Part shown: positions 37,366-50,546 of the stretch, piece after piece
Position numbering within the stretch: the stretch's first letter is position 1
How the letters are laid out: every line of letters begins with the position of its first letter
Assembly (NCBI GenBank): GCA_013265495.1
Contig: MU058198.1
Location: 3,298,419 to 3,362,418 of the forward strand
Origin: Vicugna vicugna
Lineage: Eukaryota
DNA length: 64,000 bases
Direction: 5' to 3'
The notes under the pieces: generated by a model
Seen by the model: only the letters and a program-made list of their open reading frames with translations
Told to the model about the DNA's origin: nothing
Database searches by the model: none
Program-made: the position numbers and the translations under genes

Positions 37366-40300
37366 GTGCGTGCTGCTTTCGCCGCTTCCTGGCCCGCTGC
37401 CTCTGGCACCCAGCAGGGCTCGTGCTCGGGTGCCATTCTGCTTCTCGTTCTGAAGTCTTTCTCTCCACTGTGCTTTGCGTGCTCCTGGCTTTTGATTTTG
37501 CTCTTCGATGCTCACCTTCTGTTTGAACTCTCTTTCCTCATTCTTTTCAGTCTGATCTCAGGGCCAGTTCATCAAGTATTGACTCTTCAGTTGCAGCCAA
37601 AACCAGAAGTTCCAAACATGTGGCCTGAGGACCAGGTCTGGTCCACAGGCAAGGGTTTTACGAGTTTACACATAATCATAAGGGAGGTTTCACTTCATCT
37701 GATTTTTTTTTTTTTTGGCTTCTCTTGAAAAAAGCAAAAGATCTAGCCTTTCTGGACCTGCGCTCTCACATGGAAGCAATCCACTGGCGCCGAGGAGTAG
37801 TTCCGATGGACCCTGCTGCAGCCCTCACCACTTCATTTCTCTTACACATAGCCAGCTTTGTTCTCTTAGGCCACCTGCCTGGCCCCTGTAGGTGAGAGTT
37901 TGCCCCTGGACTAGGGACCTCCCCCTACCTCCCTGCCTGATTGCCCTCTGCCTCCCCCAACTTACCCTGCCTGTGCACAGTGGGTCAGGCTTGCTGTTTG
38001 CTGGGGAATGTCTCTGACTGTCCTCACTCTCCCTTCCCCCAGATGGTTCAAAGTCTTGCAGTTACATTGCACAATTATCTGTGTCCCTTTCTTTGCCACT
38101 CTGTTGGGCCACTTTAGACTCCTAGCATCTCTAAACTTGGTCTGTTACAGCAGGTTAACCTGTAACCCTGCCCCATCTATGATTTCTTCTGTTCTGCCCA
38201 TCTTCTGTACTGTTATTTCCTACTGGCGCCTGTGCTCAAAAATCTTGGGCCCTTTAAGGCTAACTTCAGATGCTTAAACATAGTGTCCAGTATTCTCAGC
38301 ATTGGGGCCCAGTTTACATCTTCGATCTAGCTTCCTGCCCCACTTGCCATGTGTACTTCAGCTGCATCACTCCCTGAGTTTCCCACAATGCTTTGCACAG
38401 CTCACATCTTTGCTCATGCTCTGCCCTTACCGGGAATGCCTTGTTCACGTTCTTTGTTACTAATATACTCTTCCAAGGCCCTGCTTAACACACTGATCAC
38501 CATGTCACCGAAATCTGGGTGACAGTTGTGTTTCCTCAGGGACACCCAATCCACAGTGGGTGATCAGCGTGTGAAGTGTCCTCTCCTGATGAAGCCTTCC
38601 CTGCTGTCTCCCCAACCCCCAAATGAATTGCTGCCGCTTCTGTTCACAGAACACTCATTGTTCTCTGACTTGTCTGCCCCTGTTAGATACCTGGGGTGAA
38701 CCGAGCATTCCTAATTCACCTGTTTCTGGCCAGCACTGCAGGTATTCAGTGTTCGAGGTAAACGGTAAAGAGCAGTTTAGGGGATCTTATCATCTGAGGT
38801 TAGTTTGGTTTCAGGGACAGGCCATTTAGTATGATTCTGCTTAAAATGGGACCAAAGTGTTAGGGAAAATAATTGGGGCAGAGATGAAGGGGAGTGAGAT
38901 TTTTATCATCTGAAATATGAAAATAACTTCTTGTTTTCAACCCTGTCCTGATTCTTAAAATGAACAAAGACCTACATGGCCAAAATGCTTGAGTTTTCTA
39001 ACAGTTTTACGATCCCTTGCTATAGTCTTCATTTCACATTCAGCTCTACCTGCATTGGCAAAGCAAGTTTTGTAGAATATTTAAGGGCTTTCCGAGTTTT
39101 CCCAGGGGCCTTTGAACTCTTCAGTAGGTCATTCTCTTTTGCACAGTCACATCATCAGTTTTCTCTAATTGTGAGCTGCCCTGCCTCTGTCACGGGTCCT
39201 CCCTTAGTCATGACCTTGCTGGTGATTGTGCTTCGTTCTCCATCATTGCACTGACTTGCTGAACCCCTGCCTCTTCCCAGACTTGCACTTTTGCTCAGGC
39301 AGCCTAACTGGAGGCAGTGGCTAAGGCTGATGGCTGGGAGGCTGGGTGTAGGCAAGGGAGCTGGGTGAGGACTAAGTGTCTAAGTCCATTGGTTCCTCGG
39401 GGAATATTTTCAGGTTTTGAAGTTGGATAGAAAACAATGTCCTTAAGTGCAGGGACTAATGGAAACCTCCTGTGTGTGTGTTGGAGGTTTTACTTCGGCT
39501 TGTAGGAGTAGCCACCTTCCTGCTTTGGCACGAAGGCAGAGCTCTGGAAGAGTCTCGATGTGTCAGGGCTTCAGGGCTGCTGAAAGCCTCGTTACTCACC
39601 AGCTTTGTTAAAGAGCGTGGCCGGTGGACATTTATGTCTTCAGGGGTTGGCCAGGGCTGGGATTTCCAATCCACCCAGACCACTGTGTCTGTGAACCTCA
39701 GGCTCTCTTCTCACTTGTGAGCCCAGAAGTGCTGTCACCTGAGTGTCATAAGCCGTCTCCTAGGAGGACAGCTTGTTCTGGGGGTTGGCTGCCAGCCACT
39801 GGCTTCGTCTTCCTGCTGGGCTGACCATCCCAGCAGCTACTTGGCCTCTTTCTCGACGCGGTGCTTTACAGAGCGGCACTCTGGGGCTCCTACTCGAGAC
39901 TTAAACTCTCTGAGGTCGCATGTGTAGGAGACAGGACTGAGCCTCAGGTCCAGCAGAGCAAGAAGAACGAGCCCCAGGCAGGAACTGGAGCTGGTGAGCA
40001 CTTGAAGCTGCCCTGGGGGAGCGTGCGCCCTGTTTGCCGGGAACTCGAGTCTCTAATCTAGTCTCTAAACAGCTGTCACTCAGGAATGTAGGCCCAGGAT
40101 TGTTGAACCTTCTGCATTTTCAAGAGAAGCCAAAAATCCATACTTTTGTGTAAGATCTCTGGATAATTCGAGATGGCTGGTGCTTAAAAAGTTTCCATCT
40201 TAGAGACAACTGCTGGTCAGGTTCTGCCTGTGGGTCACTGTTTTAGAGCCGCTGAAAGTAAAAACCTGAATGAACATCTTCAAGTCCCTTCTCCCCACCC

Positions 40301-41230
40301 CGTTTTTCAGTGACCAAGGCCCACAGGATGGAAGCGACATGTCTCAAGTCACCAGCCTACATGACAACCCAGGTCTCTAAATTCCTAGTTTGTTTTGGCA
40401 ACTTTGTTGTTTTTCAGATTTTGCTTTCTGCAAAGGCTATAATGTGTCCTTTCCAGCTTGGTTTCACCATTTGCTGAGAGCCCCTCCCCTTCCCTGAGGT
40501 GTCTGCTGCTTCTGGGTGGGGGTTCCTCTTTGGCAGGTGCCCCACACCTCCTGCCACCACCCCCCATCCCGCTGCACTCAGCCCACTTCCGTGTCAGCTC
40601 ACTCTTTCTTGTCTGCCATCCTTAAACTTGCTGCAAAATGTCTTCTGACTCCAAGTGATAAGCAGTATTTCAAGTGTTAATCACAAGTGGTTATGAGTGT
40701 TCTAAGAGAACTTCTTCAAGTATGTGTACTTGCAAGGGTGGGGGATCAGGGGAGGGAACTGGGGGCTGGAGAGCAGGTAAGCAGGATCATGGGACAGAAA
40801 CTGGTCTTAAAGCCCCAAGCATCCCCTTTCCTGTATGAGTCACGGGCCGGTGTGGTTGCCTCTTCTTGGACCTCACGGCTCTCCCAGGCACCAAAGACCT
40901 CAGCCTGTGCTGGGCGTGGCAGTAGGGGTGCAGAGGAATTTCTTGGGTATTTATTAATCATCAGACTTTAAAGAATAATGTCAGGAAAGCTGTATCTTTG
41001 CTCTCAGAGACCTTTAACATACCTCTACCAAATCCGTTTCCCCGTTTGCTCCTAAGACGTTCCCAACTCCCAAGCAGGGCCCGAGGTACCCATCCCGTTG
41101 TCCCTAGAGGGTAGGGGTGGCTGGAGTTTACAGTAGGTCCTGCAGCCACCAGCCCTGATGAGGGACCGCTGAGTCACAGGAGTAGAGCAGGAGGGCCTTT
41201 GAATAATCACTGTAATCCCTCTCAACTTAG

Positions 41231-41313
41231 AGCGGACGGAGAAATTGCCCATGGGCTCCATTAAAAATGTGGTCAGCGAACCTATCGAAGGACACGAAGA
41301 CTACCACATGATG
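41231..41313 (+). CDS. UBFD1: UBFD1 exon 6 (83 nt)
   Basis: ERTEKLPMGSIKNVVSEPIEGHEDYHMM; cttag acceptor and GTGAGT donor. Confidence 0.94.
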
Positions 41314-43391
41314 GTGAGTAGCCCCGCACCCGCTCCTGCTCCTGCGCCTCCAGCAGGGAGTGGGTTTCTCACTGAGGAAACTCAGTGCTCAGAAGACGCA
41401 CGGTGTTAAGACCCCCGTGTTGTCTTCATGTTCTTTAAACCTAATCTGGTGACCTATTCCGAGTTCTGTTCATTTGACTGCCCTGCTCCACCCGCCACCT
41501 TCCCGCAGTTTAAAGGGGATACGTTTTATCTCTTTTGCATCCGTCTTACCTGTAATATTTTGGTTTTAGACCAGGGAAATAAATATCAAGAGACGGAATG
41601 GCTTATGGGTCTTCATTTTAAATTTGTCTGGTGTGTAAAACAAAACCTCCCACCAGCCTTGGCGTCTGTGAGGGCACCAGGCGGTTTCCTCCTGCAGCGG
41701 TGTTGCTCATCCCAGGGGGCAGCCATCAGGTGGCCGAGAACCCTGTGGGGAAGGTGGGCTGTGTGGCCTGGTGCTGCATGGAGGTCTGCTCTAAGGAAAG
41801 CAGCTGCTTTTTTCCGCACAGAATGCTTGGAGGCATTCTCCAGGTCTGTGCAGAACAGAGCCAAGGGCTCGGTGACGAGCCCTGAGCAGCTTTGGCAAAC
41901 CCTTTCCATTTCCCAGCACTGTCGAAGGGGCCGCTTTAAAAATGAACTTCAGCCACCTCACTCCAGAGTTGCTGTGAGAGGGACCTGACCTGAGCGGTGA
42001 TGGGTGCGGGCAGGGCCGCCTGCCGTGCTCCGTGTGAGGGGGCAGCAGTGGCGCAAAGCGTCAGCCCGCTCCCAGGAGCAGCAGCTGGTGGTTCCCCCTG
42101 CGGGCTGATGTGCAGAATCCTCGGCACAGAGGGGTGCTGGAAGATCCAGGAAGAGGGGGTCTCTCGCTCTGGCAGTTCCCTCTGGGCAGACAGCAGACCC
42201 GCTGGTCCAAGGAAGCCAGCCAGTCGTGTCCCCTCTGCTGCCCTGTCTGGGTCTGTCGGCCTTGGCGCTGAGCCAGGCCAAGGCGGGCACTGCAGTCCTG
42301 CAGTGTTCTGGGTGTCCCCGGGTGTTCTCCTCCTGGGCGTGATGATGGCATCACGGGGCTCCTTTCAGGCCTTTGGGCGGCCCTTCCACCCCTGGTCTCT
42401 CTGTAGTCTTTAAAGGATTGCAGATGATTTGTTTTGCTGGCTCAGTTAGGTTTTTCTGTCTTAAGAGTTGGATTTTAATATTTTCAGCTGGGCCCCTTCA
42501 CTCCCTTTTGAAACATTCATCTCACCACTTTGGCCCAGTAGAATTTGCAGCCCCAGTTTTCAGGCAGCCTGGGAGAGGGATTTCAAACAAGTGGAGTAGA
42601 CCGTTTTGGACATCTTTTAAGGAGGTAGTGGAAAGGCTAATGCCTTCACGTTTAGTTTGTTTAGATCAAATGCTCATTCCTCTCTGGAGTCATTGCTGGC
42701 AGAGGCAGGTTCCAATCACCCCTCTTTTTTCTAAACTCCATTAAGTAGAACCTTTGCCTTGGTCTTAATGAAAGTATTTATTTCCCCCTTTGCAGATGCC
42801 ATTTCACTAGCTAGATGAATGTGTCACAGCTCACCTTAGAGAAGGGTGGCTGCTTTTTCATTTTTAGAGAAATGTTAAGAAAATACGGAAATGAACCAAG
42901 AAACTATAACAAACCCATATATCCATCACCAAGAAATGACTTTTGTAAAGATTTTGTAACTTGTTTTCAATCTTTCTTTAAATAAAAGGAAAATCTGCCA
43001 ACAGTGAATGTCCCCATTGTCTTCCCCTCCCCCACTGCCATTATCATGACTTATCACGCGGATCCCCCATCTCTCTCTGCATTTTTACATATACCCATGA
43101 CCAAGATACAGTATTGTTTTGTGTTTTTTCAGTTTTCATTAATGGTATCATGGTATGTATCGTTCTGTAACTTGCCTTTTTTGGTTCAACATTATGATCT
43201 GTCTGTATTAACTCTAGATTCAGTTTGTACCCTTTAAAAGGAAACCGAGTATTCATACGAGTAGGTCACTTTTAATTTTGCGTTCCCTTACTGATGGGTA
43301 TGTAGGTTGTTTCCAGGTTTTTATGATTTCTGACAGTGCTGCTTGGAACATTCACGTCTGCCTCCTCGTGCATGTGTGACTGTTTACCTAG

Positions 43392-43582
43392 GGCAGTGGT
43401 TCTCCAGCTGCCCTCTGGATCAGCAGTGTTACATCACCTGGGAACTTGTTAGAGAAGCAGATTCTCAGGCCCCACTCCAGCCCTCCGGAAGCAGGAACTT
43501 TTAAGGGCTGGAGCCCACCAGTCTGCTCGAACAAACCCTCCAGGTGGTTCTGCTGCCCTTGCGAGTTCGGGAACCACCGCTT
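43392..43582. mobile_element. MER5A-like hAT DNA transposon
   Basis: cagtggttctc...catcacctgggaacttgttagagaagcagattctcaggccccac...gggaaccaccg, with inverted termini. Confidence 0.75.
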
Positions 43583-43791
43583 TAGAATCGGCTATGCCGA
43601 ACTCCCACCTTTTTACTTTCATTTATTTATTTGTGTATTTTAGACAGAAGAATGCTCCCCATGTGCACAGGTTTTTTCCCCCCTTCCCTTTTTAATTAAC
43701 TCACTTCTCAGCCCTCCCCTGTGTTTGTCGTGCTGCCTGCTCAATCTCCCCACCTCTGAAGTACCGCTTGGTTTTCCTTTTTCCCTTCCAG

Positions 43792-43902
43792 GCGTTTCAG
43801 TTGGGCCCCACGGAAGCCTCTTACTACTGGGTGTACTGGGTTCCGACTCAATATGTGGATGCAATCAAAGACACTGTGCTGGGGAAGTGGCAGTATTTTT
43901 GA
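43792..43902 (+). CDS. UBFD1: UBFD1 exon 7 (last coding exon, 111 nt including TGA)
   Basis: AFQLGPTEASYYWVYWVPTQYVDAIKDTVLGKWQYF*; the seven exons sum to 930 nt = 309 aa plus stop. Confidence 0.96.
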   Translation, partial: AFQLGPTEASYYWVYWVPTQYVDAIKDTVLGKWQYF

Positions 43903-44152
43903 AAGCACTTTCACCTCTGGCCCAGGAGACTGACCCAAAGTGAAGGACATTGCTGGGAGAGGCCCGCAGCATCCCTGGATTTCGGAGTTCTGGAACTTTG
44001 TTCAAAAAAAATCTAAATCCAATCTAAGGCGATGTGGTGACTGAAGCCAGAGGTGATGTACTTTCACCATTAGCTTAATTTTAACTTAAATCACCAGTTC
44101 CCTTTCCTGCAGTCAGCTTCATACCATTTTTAAAGTCAATATGGTGGAAATC

Positions 44153-44158
44153 AATAAA
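44153..44158 (+). terminator. UBFD1: Candidate proximal poly(A) signal of UBFD1 (AATAAA)
   Basis: AATAAA ~250 nt after the stop codon, followed by GT-rich tgttgtgtgttt. Confidence 0.55.
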
Positions 44159-47100
44159 TCTGAATTCCGACTATGTTGTGTGTTTGAGAGTAGATCTACC
44201 AATTTTGTTTAGAAAGGATTGATCAAAAGCTTTCTGATTTCTTTTTTTTTTCTTCTCCTTTTAAGTGATTTCACCTGAAATAGTTTCATAACTCTTTGGT
44301 TGCAAACATTCGGACTGCGTTGTGATGAGTTGGGGGTGGGTTTTTTTTTCCCGTATAAAATTGTATGCAAAATGTGGGGGTTAGTAAGCCATATTTCTCT
44401 GTCCATTGATTCAGAATGAATTCTTTCCCTTTTTCTTTTCTCACTTCCTAGATTGGAGTTTTTATTTTAAAAACCCAAAGATGTCAGTTCCTCCTTTTGT
44501 ACCTCATCACCGCTTCCTTTCCTAGCCTCCCTCCCGCCACGCTGCTGCTCGTGAACGCGCGGTGGGGGAGGAAGAGCTGTGGGTCTGGTCAGGGCGCTCC
44601 CGCTGGCTTGGTGTTTGCTGAGCCAAGGAGTGTCCAGCGGTGACTCCTGTCTACACGGCCCGATCTCTGGGGAGTTCCACTGCTGCTGTGACAGTTGTCT
44701 GCAGCCCTCACTGATTCGGCTTTGAGGCCCAGCCTGGCACAGGTGCTTCTTGGAAACCACATCTCCCAGGCCAACAGAGGAGCCAGGTGGAAGCCAGTGA
44801 TACAGCCATATAGCCGCAGACCCAGATCCTTCTTTCTTTAGAATTTTTGAGAAAAATTCTTAAGCAGTCCAATGATTATTTCAGTTACACTTCTCCATTT
44901 GCTCCTTCTGCTCATGCATTGTGTTCAAGTGTCCTTCATCCCAGGTTCAGAGATGCTGCCTTTCTCAAAAAGACATCTGACCTAGTGGGTTGGCCGATGT
45001 ATTTAAACATCAAAAATGGGATAAATGGCTGTCGTGATTAACTCTCCCTCTTCCGGTTTTAGCCCTTACGTCCTTTGTACATGTGAACTTCTGTTGACTC
45101 TGACACGAGGGCGGGGCTCTTGGTGGCTGGTACCGTGTGCTGTTCGCTGTTGCTCGCTGCTGTCTTCACCGTTCTCCTCTCCCTGGTCGCAGGCTCTCCT
45201 CGTAAGGTTTGGCGAGAGGTGTTCCAAACTTCACATTTTGGATTCTAGGCTGTTACCCCTCATTCTGTGAAATGTATTAGCATGTGTTCGCCTGAGATGA
45301 CTATTCCTTGTGAGCCAGTCCATGGTGATACTCTCTGCCCTTCCCTTCCAAGCTGTAGTTCAGGAATCCAGCCCATCCAGGCAGACTCTTGCTTCTCATG
45401 GTGTAGCCACTGCCAAGTTACGCATCTAGGCAGGAAAACCTACTCTTGCTTTTTTGGGGGACATACTGTGTGTATGTGAATTCTTACATCCAAGAAACTG
45501 CCTGTTGTTCATCCCTTGAAAAAGGAGCAGTAACTGTAGCTTCTCTGTCCTTGTCGGCCCACAGTTTTCTGGAGAAAAGAGTGCTTCTCTGCTACTTGTC
45601 CAAGCCTCCCTCTGCAGTTGACAGGCCTATAGAGGAAACGGTCACGTAGCAAGCAGAGCATCATCTCGGTTTGAGTACTGCCCTTTCTGTTGGCCAGCGT
45701 CCCTGTCCCAGAGACTCGTCCTGACAGTGCCCCCCGTCCGCTCTTGTTCTCTTGCAGCAGGTCTCCATCCCCAGGCGGCCGTGCCGGGCTGCCCTCCTCG
45801 CTTGCCCTGTCGGTGCGGCTGCCCATGCCACCTGCTACCCTCCCTCCCAGCGAGACCGTGTGCCCTGTTGTTTTGCTCCCTGAGGGCCAGACTGCTTCTC
45901 ACTCAGGCTGGTGTCATTCCCAGATAGGACCAAAGCCTGTGTGAGCCTTTTTCTTTTAAGTAAAATGGTGCTTTTTTTCCTTACTTCAAGATATTATATA
46001 TAAATAATGTAAATGACATCTTTTCGTACAGACCCTGTGTGAGTACTGCTTTTCAGAGCTCACCACATCTGCTGGAACAATCTTGAGCTCTGGCTCCTGA
46101 CTGCACAGACACCTTGCTAGAGGCCCTCGGAGAGCAGAGCGGGCAGCACCAGCAGCCACTGGGAGAAGGGTTTGGTTTAGATCCATGTCGTGGTCACAGC
46201 AGTATTCGCTGTTTTGTCACCCGGCCCTGTGAGTGGTCTCTTGGTAATTTTCTTACTGTCCAGGATGACTAACAAAATGAAATCTGTGTTAGCAAATTGA
46301 AATACTCTTTCCCCTGTGGTAGCATCACAGTGTTCATTTTTCCTCAGGATTATTATTTCTGTGCAGACCCCTCACCGTCGGGGGTACAGGTTCTTTCCCT
46401 GGGGCGTGACCTTCCTCAGTGGCCGAGGGGGCACAGGTGGACAGGGGAGGAGCTGCTTCCAAGAGAAGGGCTCTGCTGCGCGGGGGTGTGCCATCCCCTC
46501 CGGGCCGGGCGCCTCTCTGAGCCTTCTGCAGGGCTGCTTTCTCTCCTAGAGTTTGTGCAGGTGGCCCTCCTGCAGGGCCTGGCTTGCAGACATCATGCCT
46601 TTCTCTCCCTCCCTGAGCTGACTGGGCGGAGTGGTGACCAGGTGACCCCTGCTGCGGCCTGGCCCCAGGCAGCTGTGTTTCAGTCATCTGCTCAGAGAAC
46701 TTGGAAAGACAGAGACTTCCTCGAACTCTTTGGTATTAAGTGTTTTCCCATTGACGACGGGTCTTTCGCAAGTAGCATTAGCTCTTTTTAAATGAAGGCG
46801 AACTGAGCTAAGGATGCACTTTGCTCCAATGTTGTGGACACAGTGGGCCTGGCGAGGCCTCCTTAGGCTCCTTCGATGCCGCTTTGTTAACGAGGGCCAG
46901 AGACTCGCTTTGCCACGTCTCTGAAGGTTGCCGTGTTCCCGCTGGCAGGGGCTTGCTTTCCTCTTACTCTCACTCTAACCGTGTGCCTGGAGGAGCTGTC
47001 CTGGGCTCTTGCACTTGGCCCACCCTCTCTTCACCGGGTCAGGGAAGGGAAAGGGACAGACCCGGTGTGCCAAGGGCCGTGCGGGGGCAGCTTGCTTTCT

Positions 47101-47578
47101 ACCCCATCCTCTGAGGACGCCTCTTCCCCTCGCTCCTTGCCTCTGCTCATGCCTGTCATCTTGAAAAAGGATGGTCTTAAGGCTTTGTGATAAAGTCATC
47201 TTCAGTTAGGACTGGTACCTGTTTCCTTCTTACTGGGGCCTGGTGGCCTTTCTGAAGTTACAGGTGGTCAGGAGCCCTCCAATGTACACAACATCTGGTA
47301 AATGTACCTGCCAGACTGGGTGGTTCTACTGCTTTCTAAATTTCTAAGAACCTCTTTCCTTTTCTTTCTCAAAGAGCTCTGCAGAATTATTTGACAATAT
47401 GCGTAAGAACCATGTTTCCTTGTGGTGTATGCTCTGTCCTGGTTTTTGTTTTTAAATCAAATGCCTGTTTGGGAGGAGATGAACGTATTTAGTCTATTAG
47501 ATTTGCGCTGCTGGATTTTTTTAAAAGTGTAACCTTGATTAGCTGTCTTATTGTTTACCCTGTAAGATTAGTCTATCA

Positions 47579-47584
47579 ATTAAA
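47579..47584 (+). terminator. UBFD1: Candidate distal poly(A) signal of UBFD1 (ATTAAA)
   Basis: ATTAAA at the end of a T-rich UTR-like block with upstream TGTA elements and downstream ttgtgtctccttttcc. Confidence 0.6.
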
Positions 47585-48398
47585 GTTTGATAATTAATTG
47601 TGTCTCCTTTTCCTTCCGATTCTTCCTGCGCCTGATGTGTATCGGGGATTGACCAACATGTGGAACTGGGTCTGGAGCCAGTTTTTGGCCGTCTGTGATG
47701 TACCGTGTTACTGTCTCATTTATTTGGTTTTAAGTATATCCAAATGTGTTCCTGCTGAAAACAGTTGATGAAGGGGTATGACTTTACTCCGTGTCAGTCA
47801 GAGCGCCCAGCCCGGCAGTCAGCCTCGTCCCTGTAAGGGCTGTCTTCCTTCGCCTGGTCTAGCCACCAGGGGTTGGAGGGGCTGCTGCCTTCTGACTGGT
47901 GCCCCGTGTGAATTCACCTGGTCATTTAGCATTTGAGGACATGTTTGATAAAACACTGAGATGAGCTACAGCCCCGGCCACAAGTTACAAAGACCCATGA
48001 GGAGGGAGGGAGATCTGGTGCCAAAAGTGGGACAGAAGCAGAGTCCTTGGCATGAAGAATGACTATAGTTTGTCAGAACTGGTTTTTTACCCAGCATCAC
48101 TCCACTGGACCCTCTCTTCTCTTCCCCCTACTTTGTAAATGTTCCTGAAGGTTCTGGTCTCACATTGCCCCTTCCTGACTCTTTTCCATTTTCCCCAATA
48201 CCTTGTAATCCTAAAGCAGTGCTGTTGGATTCTTAAGACTCTGTTACAGGAGACGGAGGGCTGAGTGGGGCTGTGTACGTGCTGTCTGTTGGCTGATGCC
48301 CACTTAGAGGGTCTTCAGTCTGCACAGAGGTTACTTCTGGATTTTATCCCAATTCTGAACCGTTGCTTCAGGCACCTTAAAATGAATGGGTATTTGGA

Positions 48399-48523
48399 GG
48401 GGGGAGGGTATAGCTCAAGTAGAGTGCATGCTTAGCATGCAGGCGGTCCTGGGTTCCATTCCCAGTACCGCCTCAAAAAACAAATAAACCTAATTACTCC
48501 CCCACACCAAGAAAAAAAAAAAA
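48399..48523 (+). mobile_element. tRNA-Ala-derived SINE (Vic-1-like)
   Basis: ggggggagggtatagctcaagtagagtgcatgcttagcatgc...cccagtaccgcc, aaacctaattac, poly(A). Confidence 0.88.
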
Positions 48524-50417
48524 GGCTGGAATGATTGACCCTCTTCAGATGGAGAATGAGATAAACTCCAGTAGGGATATCTCACCATACCTTTTGGGGA
48601 GATATCTTGGTATTTTCTCAAATGTGGGTAGCTCCCAGAACCCTTTCTACGACAGGAACTCCCCCAAGAACAGACAGTCACTCAGACAGGAGGCAGGACT
48701 TCCTCCTCTTGCCTGAGGTGGTCTGTCAGCCACCCCTGCTGTAGAAAGGTGACATGCTTTCCGCGAGGGAGGCCTCTGCCAACACCGCCCGGCTGCTCTC
48801 TGTGGGGATTAACGTCTGGCTTTGCCCGTTGACAGAGGCTATTTTTGTTCTGAAACCTTGTCAGCCTATCTTTTTCTACTGATAGGACTGTTCCTACTCT
48901 CTACTCCATATTAACTCCCAACTTTCAGTTTTTTTCTATTTTTACCACTTTTCCCTTATATTGAATTTTAACCCCTTGCTGTTTTCGCTTCTTTTATTTT
49001 GGAAATTTTCCAACCTATAGAAAGTTGAAATAAGCTGCAGTGACCACCTCATGCTTTCCCTTGGATTCACTGATTATTAAAATATTCACTCCATTTGCTT
49101 TCTCTCAGTACACATGACACTTTAATTTGCTGAAGCATTTGACAGGCACACAGACATCATGACATTCCACCTCTGGGTATTTAAGCAGCATCTCTGAAGA
49201 ATAAGGCCATTTATACCTTAGTGCAACACTGTTACCTCACTTAAGAAAATTAATATCAATTCAGTAATACCATCTAATATACAGACCAAAATATCTTCTG
49301 GAACTATTCTTTCCAATCAGTAATCCTTCTTGTAAGCCTTGTATTTTTTAAGTGCCCTTTTAACTTTTCTGTTGTTGCTAGTGTTGGCTTTTCTCTCTCA
49401 CCGTCAAGAAAAGTAATCTCCCACATGCTTTTAGTCTTAATTTTCATTATGACCCCTACTCTTACCTTCCCTTCCCGCTATGAGTCTTGTCTTATTCCGT
49501 GTCGGGGGTTCTCAGACTCGAGGAGATAAACCCACGTGACTTACACAAAAGGATTTGGCTCATGTAACGAGAAAATCCAGAATGTCAGACAGACCTCGGC
49601 CGCTGCGGGCGCTCAGGTCACGTCAGGTGCCTTCCCCTCCGACTCCTGCCTCTGCTTTGTTCTCTGTTGACTTAGCTTCCATCAGACGAGCAACCCCAGT
49701 GGAAAGAGAATGGTTTTCTTCCGGGAGTTCCAGAATAAGAATGCCGCACAGGGCTCTTACTGTCTTCTTACCCTGCCCTCCGCAGATGCACGAGCGTGAC
49801 CACCTTAGCATCTGAAACGTTAGTTTGGCTTCCCTTCCTCGAGTCTGGGGCTGTCAGATGAATGCTCCAGACTCTGAGAAGCAGCAGCTCTGGCAGACCA
49901 CCCCGCAGGATTTGAACCTCTTGCTGGGTGCCAGGTGAATCACTTGGAAAGGACCTTGTCTAGGGCTCCAGCCTCAGGTGAAGAGGGGGTGTCTCTTCAG
50001 GGTGCTCTCTCTGCGAGGGGCTTGCTCTAAATGCTCTGCTGGCGAGTCCTGTCACCTCAGCCCCTTCATTGAGTCTTTCCCTGGCCTGGCGCTGGGTCAG
50101 AAGCTGTGTGGGCATTGTATCGTCACCACTCCACCACGGCCCTCTCGTCAGCCCCACCTTACCCATCAGAGGAAACTTACGCTTGGAGAAGTCTTAGCCA
50201 AGGTCCTATGCCTGTCAGCGACCGGGGCTGCGATTCAGAACCCGGGTGAGCCTGACGCCAGTCTGTGTGCTCTTAGATGCTCGCCTTAGTGAGAATTTAG
50301 GAGAGAACTCAGCTACTGTTTTTGTTTTGCTTTCGTACTTTCTCTTCTTTTCTTTCCCTGGTTTAGCTATGTCTTAAGGGAACTAACTAGTGTTTGTGAG
50401 TTGTCTTTAAAACTTTG

Positions 50418-50546
50418 GGGGGAGGGTATACCTCAGTGGTAGACTCCATGCCTAGCATACATGAAGTCCTGGGTTCGTTCCCAGTACCTCCATGAGAAAA
50501 ATAAGTAAAGTTAATTACCTCCCCCATTAAAAAACAAAACAAACAA
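50418..50546 (+). mobile_element. tRNA-Ala-derived SINE (Vic-1-like)
   Basis: gggggagggtatacctcagtggtagac...cccagtacctcca and taattacctcccc tail; TSD aaaactttg at 50409-50417 and 50547-50555. Confidence 0.88.

Noticed and set aside
41428..42744. 186-aa and other ORFs in UBFD1 intron 6
   Set aside because: No recognisable protein similarity; the UBFD1 model is already complete at 309 aa without them.
43905..43911. miR-17-family seed match GCACTTT just after the UBFD1 stop
   Set aside because: Within ~15 nt of the stop codon, where sites are generally ineffective; a single 7-mer is expected by chance.
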